From assembly GCA_043228905.1 (NCBI GenBank), contig JBHGNT010000257.1, positions 1-44,011 on the forward strand: a DNA stretch of 44,011 nt. Reading direction: 5' to 3'. Made by a program: the position numbers and the translations under genes. Below, in pieces: positions 36,301-44,011 of this stretch. Source of the stretch: Azolla caroliniana. Lineage: Eukaryota > Plantae > Polypodiophyta. Within the stretch, counting starts at the first letter, position 1. Every line of letters starts with the position of its first letter. The notes under the pieces are model-generated. The model worked only from the letters and a program-made list of their open reading frames with translations. It had not been told where the DNA came from and did no database searches.

Positions 36301-38698
36301 AACTTCTTTCTAAACTTGGACATTGCTTAATATCTAATCCGTATTTTCAGCTTAGTAATTTACTCTCAGTTGTATTATAATGTATTTGAGTAAATCAATT
36401 CACTCCATTCTCAACAATTGATATCAGAACTGGATTTTAATCTCTAATTCCTTCCGCCAATATTGTTTTCAAATATGTCCAATGAATCAGGATCGTGTAA
36501 CATTTGGACAATTATTAAAGCTCATAGTGTAGTGTTTTTACATTCATATGGAAAATGGACTCCAGAAGGTCAGATCAAGCACTTTTCCATTGAAATTGGA
36601 TAACAGAGTTCAAGGATATGGCTAAAGCAAGTTTACACCAACTCATCCTTAATCACACAACATTGAATTTGATTTTCCATCACAAATATGATCTTTTATT
36701 TGTTTCACTCTAGCTGGGACAATAATCTATTCCATGTTTCCAGAGTAATAAGTCTACCTCTTACATTGTATGTGAGTTCATCACTTCAAAGACCTTATTT
36801 AGCTTTCTGTAGTTATTAGCATTGCCTTTTCTGTGAAAATGTTATAGCCTTCAGCCCTTGGGTTATAGAAAATAAAGTCCTGAAGCCAGTTTTTTGGGAG
36901 AAATGTGCTAGTTGACATGTAGAAAGAAAGAAAGATATATTAACGTCTTTTAAGAGGCCAAAATCAAAATATAAATGGATACAGTATTAGAACCATTGCT
37001 TTAGATTTGAATCCATGAACCTAAGGTTATAATGAATGCATGAGCTTTAGCATTATATCACTATATATACATTATTCTAATTAAAACAAATTTAATGGAC
37101 CTATAAATACAATGAACTTACATTGATCTTTCGCACATAACTTATACTTTCTTGCTTCACAATTTTAGCCTATGCTTGGATTAGATCAATATCTTTATAA
37201 GAGACTTACCCCGGCGCGTATCACTTTCATCAAGCACATCATCATGAATCAAACTTGCTGTATGAATCATTTCAATAATCTCAGCTAGTTGACGATGTCG
37301 AGGTGTGATATCCCTGTAACAGCAAAGATATAGCCTTGGCTCACATTTCCCCAGAAATTATAATCATACTCAGGAGTCATCCAGCCAGATACCAACTTAG
37401 TACATATTTACTGAGAAAAATCAACTTGACTTTTCCACATATTTGCTTTAGCTCCGTTTACTAGGAAGATTCATCTTTTGAAGCCTCATTTGGCTCATGC
37501 AATGAAAATCTCCCACATGAGAAAATTTCCATGATTGCATCAAATGAACCATCAAAATTTGTGATTGGAGACATCAATTTATCCCTAAACATTTTGCTAG
37601 AAAATTTAATCTTTTGAGGCCCCATTTCTCTCGCGAAATGAAACATCTCATGAAGAGAGTTTTTTATGATAGCATCAATTAAAGCATAAAGATGTATAAA
37701 TTGGAGACACTTATCGTAAATGTTTTTCTAAAGAGCATTCAATTTTTTACTCATCGAATGGCATCTCCCATGAAGACAAAAACTTCCATGGTTGCACCAA
37801 ACAAGGCTTTACATAGTAAAACACAATGTTGACGCATTGCCTTTTGACATCATGAGACGAATACTCATTCCAATAAATTCAGAAATATATGTGATCAAAT
37901 TTTTAAAATATATAGGTATGAACATATTGATTTAGTGGCAAAAGCCCATGGTTTCTAAGCTGAATGTTACATGTGTTCAATCTTGATTGATGGGATTTAA
38001 AGTTGTATTCATTGCAAAAATAAACTGTTCATGTTTTTAGGTTGAGATCTGAAAAAGCCATGGGCTGTGTGAGAATATATTAGAGACAGAGTCTTCTTAC
38101 CCTAATCCGGAGAGCTCGGCAGTGGCCCGAGAAACAAGAAATACAAGGGCAGGTCGAATCTTTTTACCCGATGCACCAAAGATCTGATCAGCTGCCGCCA
38201 TGAGATTTGGATTTTCTGCACTGATGAGCTGAAGAAAATGATTCTTCTTTTGAAAGTCTAAAAAATAAAAGATACCACAGCAGTAACAACAGAATCATGA
38301 GAACAAGAAAGAAATATGATTTAAACACCATACCTTTCTTAGGTTCTCATTGAGCTTTATTAGGTCTTCTTGGACTGGTTGAAGCAGGGGAGGTGAAGAC
38401 CCCGACTGAGGAGACAGAGGAAATGCAAATGCCCTGTTCTCTCCTGAAAGCAATGAAACAAAAAGATGAGAAGACGAAGAAAAGCCCATCATGGAATGAG
38501 ATGAAACTAAGTCTTACTTGGGCATTTTGATCGGTTCTTTGCTTGCACTTTGGATGGAGCGAAGGGATCTGTCATAGCTTGACATTCTGCTTTGTATAGT
38601 GTTGTCAGGGTGCTTTTCTTGGGAATTATATGATAGTGGAACCAACTTTGATTAGAGGTCCTGAAGGTTGGAATTGCTCTGAAGAAGGTATGCTCCAT
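32769..38698 (-). CDS. SPS1: Solanesyl diphosphate synthase (trans-prenyltransferase), 6 exons, 399 aa
   Basis: Exons 38698-38518, 38443-38334, 38228-38101, 37313-37210, 33848-33721 and 33317-32769 total 1200 nt with GT-AG introns and consistent phases. Motifs [43 protein letters not shown]. Confidence 0.92.
33388..33720. repeat. ~169-bp tandem duplication in SPS intron 5
   Basis: ~33388-33549 closely matches ~33557-33720. Confidence 0.9.
33721..33848 (-). CDS. SPS1: SPS exon 5
   Basis: [42 protein letters not shown]. Confidence 0.95.
36171..36430 (+). mobile_element. Short LTR remnant with degenerate PBS in SPS intron 4
   Basis: TGTTG..CAACA (36171-36416) followed by AT-TGATATCAGAAC, resembling TGGTATCAGAGC. 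Confidence 0.5.
37210..37313 (-). CDS. SPS1: SPS exon 4 (first DDxxD)
   Basis: [29 protein letters not shown]. Confidence 0.95.
37482..37808. mobile_element. Tourist/PIF-Harbinger-like MITE in SPS intron 3
   Basis: AGCCTCATTTGG..CCAAACAAGGCT imperfect TIRs and internal TTCCATG repeats; TSD not clean. Confidence 0.5.
38101..38228 (-). CDS. SPS1: SPS exon 3
   Basis: [37 protein letters not shown]. Confidence 0.93.
38334..38443 (-). CDS. SPS1: SPS exon 2
   Basis: ..[18 protein letters not shown]; bounded by TTTCAG and GTATGG. Confidence 0.85.
38518..38698 (-). CDS. SPS1: SPS exon 1 (putative transit peptide)
   Basis: ATG at 38698, donor GTAAGA; splices in frame to exon 2 across a 74-bp intron. 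Confidence 0.7.
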
Positions 38699-38936
38699 AG
38701 CTGACGCCTTGGAAAGGTCATTGACAAAAGTGGGATGGAGAGAGAGGGAAAGGGCCTCGTGCTTCTGTGGACCTTATGGATTTTAGATTATCTTCCATCA
38801 TCCTGTTTGTTTGTTTGTTTGTTTGTTTGTTTGCTTTGAGGAGGACATTTGGGTGAAACGCTTTTGTGGCATGACGACTACGAGTGAGAGAACATATACA
38901 TACACATACGTAGATAGCTAGCTAATGCCTTCATGC

Positions 38937-39160
38937 TATGTATGTATGTATGTATGTATGTATGTATTATAATGGTCATGTGCATGTTGTTCCATCAAGT
39001 CAAGACCCTCTTCATCTCCTTCTTCGTACTGCGGCATCTAATATGTTATGTATACATATATCATTACATACATACATACATACATACATGTCACGCAACA
39101 TACCACACTTAAAGGAGTTGCATTGCACTCCCGATCAATCGCATGATGATGTCGAGGTTG

Positions 39161-39192
<32 letters not shown>
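38937..39192. repeat. (TATG)n, (TACA)n and (TG)n microsatellites upstream of SPS
   Basis: Directly visible. Confidence 0.9.
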
Positions 39193-39194
<2 letters not shown>

Positions 39195-40761
39195 CGGATT
39201 TCAGCACATGTCATTGACAATGAGAATACATACACACACGTCTCCAGTCACAACTTCTGCAATAAAATCAATTCATCTACTTCAACTCCAAGGTGAACAC
39301 TGCTTATTTTAATATCGGCATCTTCTCACTTTTCTTCCTTCAAAGTATCCACATCAAATCACAAAATTTGTCCTTCTATTTATCTGGTGGGGTGTCTATG
39401 TATCAACAACTCTATGTTTTGAGTTTAAGAGGGAGTTAGAACCCCCCAACCGCACATACAATGTGAGAAGTTGAGAATGTAGAAATAGTTTACACACAAA
39501 TATTCAAGATTGCCAATATACACTCTTGCATGAATGTTCTTTGTTAAGTTGTATGGTTAATAGAAAAGTAGGCGAGTTTCATCTCCCGATCGTAAACCAT
39601 TAGAAAGCATGTCAATAGCGTATCCTCCTTGCCCTTCTAGGATTTACTAGTTTTTCATGTTTGTAATTTGTGATCACCCAAAGTGATAGTGTTCACCACA
39701 TTTCAACCCTCAACCACTAAGCCTACTTTAGTAATCAACCATTATTTTTTGCGTGCAACATAAGCCAACTTCTTGAATGCAATATACATGGAACCTAAAT
39801 CCTTCAATCATCCACGTGATCACACGGGTATACATTTCCCCCTCGATGTATAAAAGTCTCGATCTTGTTAATGAGATATTGAATAGGTGGGCATGCCTTC
39901 CAAAATAATGGACATATGTTGTGGCCACCATTGTCTCAACAAACTCCCAATATAAGATATTAACATATTTTATTTTGAACTCATTGCATATTTGTATTTG
40001 ATCAAATGATCATTTGCACCTATTGCCATGTTTATGATATTGCTTGTTTTGTATGCATGCAAGCTCTAAGTTTTGCCATGCTCAGTTGTTGTCCTTGGTC
40101 AATCACATGAATAAAGTGAACCACATGGAAGATTTAAGAAAGCAAACAGTTCACTACTGATTGTGAGCATGTGCCCCGAGTATCACAAGATTGACTAGCC
40201 TAAGCTCACCAAGTCTCTCGTCCAAATACAAAGGTCCTAATGTTGGAATTGTTAATGTAATAAAGTTCTAGAATTTTTTGTGCACTATTAACATTGTTTG
40301 TGAATTTGGGTAGTTCTAACATCCACCTTGCATGCAACATTAGCTTACATGCATGTAACACGTATTTGGTTCGATTTTTATATAGCGTCATCTGAACCCA
40401 TACATAAAACATCAAAGTTGTGAGTTTAGGGTTTAGGGTACACACACATTGTAAATCATGCTAAACAAACGATGATGTCGTGTCCTAATCTTTTACCACA
40501 CTAGAAAGATTTTCAATATTTCATGCCCATGATGCAAATTCCACATATGTATTCGTAACACATCAACCACAAAGGTGTTAGTGGATTGATGACATTCAAT
40601 CACTCATTTAGATGTTAACCATCCACACAATTATAGAACAATATTATGTAACACGATAATTCCTTCCAAAAATGGCCATTAATTAATTGGCAGGGGAAAT
40701 TAACTTAAATAAAATTTAAGGATTAACAGAATATCAAAGTAAAAGATACCCACAAAGAAGC

Positions 40762-40801
40762 AGAAGAAGAAGAAGAAGAAGAAGAAGAAGAAGAAGAAGA
40801 A
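40762..40801. repeat. (AGA)n microsatellite
   Basis: Directly visible. Confidence 0.95.
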
Positions 40802-41029
40802 ACAAAGAAACATATACATATATTAACAGTCTTTTAAGAGGCCAAATAAGAGATTACATATTGAGTGTTTTCTCGTCTTTGAAGAAGAAGGAAATAGACA
40901 TGGCCTCCTCATCTCCTCTCCCTTCGCCTGCTGGCTGGGTGTCATGTGAACAGGCCAGGCCTGCTGCCATCGCCAGAAAACACAGACAGGCATGATACGC
41001 AGTAACCATACTTAGGCAAAGAAGCTTCC

Positions 41030-41150
41030 ATGGACGCCCCGTCGCCTCCCCCAGTAGCCCCCAAGCCTGACGCCATCGTTTCCCTATGCAACCACATACA
41101 GAAGCAAGGCTTCCAAGGCCATCTCTTCTCCGACATTACCCTTAGCTTCG
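41030..41150 (+). pseudogene. N-terminal fragment of a plant BTB/POZ-domain protein
   Basis: SLCNHIQKQGFQGHLFSDITLS resembles (from recall) SLCDHIQxEGF..FSDIVV at the start of a plant BTB domain; the expected LHRLILS continuation is absent. Confidence 0.5.
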
Positions 41151-41258
41151 AAAAAGATCTGAGGACATACTTTGTTTGTTTACCTTTAATCTTTCTTTCT
41201 ATTTTGTGTTGCGTGCTTTGGTCGGATTACCTGGTTCTGAATTGATCTGATCATACAG

Positions 41259-41720
41259 ATACACCTCTAGTCTTTCTTTCTGTTTCTGAAAATTTGCATA
41301 TTTGTTTACCTCGTTGATGAGATGATTCATATACATAGACATTTAGTCTCTCTTTATGTTTCTTTCTTGCATACTTTGTTGGTTTACCTTGTTCTCAAAT
41401 AAGATCTGACCATAGTCAATGTATACATTTAGCCTTTCGTCTGTTTTCTATTGTATATTTTGTTTTGTTTATCTTGTTATGTGAATATTATCCTACACAT
41501 ACACCTCTAGTCTTTCTTTCTGTTTTAGAAAAGTTGCATATTTGTTTACCTTGTTGATGAGATCATTCCTATCATAGACATTTAGTCTCTCTTTATGTTT
41601 CTTTCTTGCATACTTTGTTTGTTTTACCTTGTTCTCAAATAAGATCTGACCATAGGCATCGTATACAATTAGCCTTTCTTCTGTTTTTTATTGTATATTT
41701 TGTTTTGTTTATCTTGTTAT
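41259..41720. repeat. 240-bp tandem duplication; second copy interrupted by a MITE and ending near 42238
   Basis: ATACACCTCTAGTC at 41259 and 41499, collinear thereafter. Confidence 0.92.
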
Positions 41721-42215
41721 TAGCAATGGGCACGGTTTTGGATCAAACCAAACTGAACCATTAAGTAATGGTTTAATGGTTTATTGGTTCCAAAAAAATT
41801 TAATGGGTTGGTTTGAATTTTTTATAAACGGTTCGGTTTCGGTTTTAAATCTTGGGTTTAAAGGTTTATAGGTTTTAGGTTAACGTTTTTTTTTTACCTT
41901 AATAGTTTATTAATTGAATGGTTTAATTAATGGTTTTTTATTGATTTAATTAATTTAACTTAAATGCTTATTTAATTTAATGTATTTTTGTTTATTTAAA
42001 TTTTTAATTAGTTTGACTTAAATGGTTAGGTTTAAATTTTTTATTAAATGGTTCAACTTGGTTTGAACTTTTCCCTAAACGGTTTGGGATTAAATGGTCT
42101 GTTTTACTTTTTCATAAATGGTTTGGTTTAAATACTTTAGAGTTCATAAATGGTTCGGTTCGGTTTCTTTGCCTTGAAACCAAACCAAACCGAAACTGAA
42201 CCTTGCCCATCGCGA
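41721..42215. mobile_element. hAT-type MITE
   Basis: 8-bp TSD CTTGTTAT; TIR TAGCAATGGGCACGGTT/AACCTTGCCCATCGCGA; subterminal (C/T)GGTT repeats. Confidence 0.9.
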
Positions 42216-42239
42216 CTTGTTATGTGAATATTATCCTAT

Positions 42240-42620
42240 CCCATACATATGTTGCCCATACTAGCAAATCTTATGATATCATTATATAATTGTAGGTATG
42301 GTGATTCTCCTAGACGTGCGAACCTTGAGTAGGCAAGTGGAAAGTAACAATTTGCAAGATTTAACTCTTTAAGATCCCCTCTTTTGATTTGTAACCACAT
42401 ATACCCTGCATCTACATCCTCCTTGTGCATAACATGTGTTCTATCATGGAATGACACACTGACTCCCATCTAAATCCTTGTGCATCAGTGAGTTTACTAG
42501 CAATGCATTGATGTGTCTCTATGTACATAACAATATATGTTCTTGAAGGTTTCTTCAAAGTACCCATCGTCTATCCTTCGAGAACCATTGCAAGTGCATA
42601 TAATCATTTGTAATCGTTAT
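42240..42620 (-). pseudogene. LINE ORF2 apurinic endonuclease remnant
   Basis: IICTCNG..ETHQ..GFRWESV..YMWLQIK..CYFP..LYNDI pattern, with frameshifts. Confidence 0.6.
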
Positions 42621-42720
42621 GTGGCTCTCATGTATGTAATAATGACTTTATCATCTCCATGTACAACCCATTTTTTGTCCTTTCTTGCGTTAAACAATCA
42701 TGGCATGTTTTTGTTGCGAC

Positions 42721-43166
42721 TAACAATCAGCAACGGTTTGGTTCAGGTTTAGGTTTTTTTTAACAGTTCGGTTCGGTTTCAATAGTAAAAAATCGTTGTT
42801 TAAACGGTTTAACGGTTTTTATTTTTAAATTTTTTAAATTAAAAAAAAAAAATCTAGAAAATTTTAAAAATTATTTTTTAACAATCTTTTTATTTTTACA
42901 CCTTGTTCTCACATTTTAGGAACATCTTAAAAATTGTAAAAATTCTAAATAATGAAATATTATAAATTTTAAAAAATTAAAAATTTGACCTATGTTGAAA
43001 ACTGAAATCGAACCACGAAACCGTGGTTTTTACGGTTTAATGGTTTAACGGTTTGAAAAATGTTTAATGGTTCGGTTTAATGGTTTTGTAGTTTGGTTTG
43101 GTTTGGTTTAGGTTTCAAAATATTCGAGTCTCGAACTGAACTGAACCAAACTGTTGCCGATTGTTA
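42721..43166. mobile_element. hAT-type MITE
   Basis: 8-bp TSD GTTGCGAC; 26-bp TIR TAACAATCAGCAACGGTTTGGTTCAG with 2 mismatches. Confidence 0.92.
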
Positions 43167-43174
43167 GTTGCGAC

Positions 43175-44011
43175 TTGCTACTTAAGTTGAATGAGATCTG
43201 ATAGAGTGATGATAGAAAGAAGAGATAAGGAAGATAAATAGACCCAAAACCACAAAGATCTATTGATAATGAATGATTATTATATAAACAAGAGAGAAAG
43301 AAGATACATAAACCCAAACCTACAAGGATAAATTGATAACTACTCAACCACACTACATGAATAGGCAAGAGAACTCTACAAGAAAGAGACTCTCTCCCAC
43401 CACCTTACTTTTCTTCCTTTATATAAAGTTCTCTTCCACTGAATATGCTTCCCTTGTGTTCTTTTTTATGCTTTTTTTAGAGTTTTTCATGGAGTCCTAT
43501 TCTTATCTATGACACAACAATCTTCAAATCGTCATATCTCCCTTATCGAAGCTCTAAATTTAGAGCTTTAAAAAGCTATGTATAACTCTCTTCACAAGTT
43601 TTCCAACCCATATTTGCACATTATATTTGGCTTCCAATCGAATGAGTTATGAGCGTTCGTTGCAGACTGCGTTTTGGTGCCCGCTTTTTTCTTCTTTTAC
43701 TTTTCTCCATCTTTCTTGCTTTTAATTTGACTTATCCTTAAGACCTTAGCTCGTGATCTTGCCCTCTGGATGTGAACGCACCATACTTTATATTCTTGTA
43801 GACTTCAATACCTTGAATTCTAAAAACACTTTCACATTTAGCCCTCCCCCTTGGTTCTTGAGCGAACCATTTATGGTGAGCCGAAGATAAAAAGAATAAA
43901 AAAAACTCCTTCGCCTTATGGTAGACTATATAGACAAAAAAGGAGAGAAAAAAAGAAACAAACTATGTGAGTAAAACCCCCGCTATTTGGTAGGAAAAAC
44001 CTCACACTCCT
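43175..44011 (-). mobile_element. Probable LTR sequence (terminus TGTTGCGAC at 42712, split by the MITE)
   Basis: TG terminus, minus-strand TATATAAAGG near 43416-43425 and LTR-like composition; the other end is not identified. Confidence 0.35.

Overview
Plant nuclear DNA, most likely from a fern or another non-seed vascular plant (inferred from the PPR motif style and a Tcn1-like chromovirus). Positions 1-24.3 kb are a nested, decayed retroelement cluster. It holds a chromodomain Ty3 element interrupted by a solo LTR and a truncated Ty1/copia, a LINE 3' end, a foldback repeat, and a structurally complete ~9.6 kb non-chromovirus Ty3 element (9650-19220, minus strand) inserted into a copia LTR. 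Two intact host genes lie on the minus strand: an intronless PLS-E-DYW PPR editing-factor gene with an atypical C-terminus (28325-31282) and a 6-exon solanesyl diphosphate synthase gene (32769-38698, 399 aa). The right end has a BTB/POZ gene fragment, two hAT-type MITEs with 8-bp TSDs and a LINE endonuclease remnant. Most unusual: the complete Ty3 element has no polypurine tract. Both LTR-internal junctions instead carry mutually complementary tRNA-Arg-like primer sites. Several LTRs also carry antisense tRNA-like A/B-box modules. All alignments and counts were made by eye.
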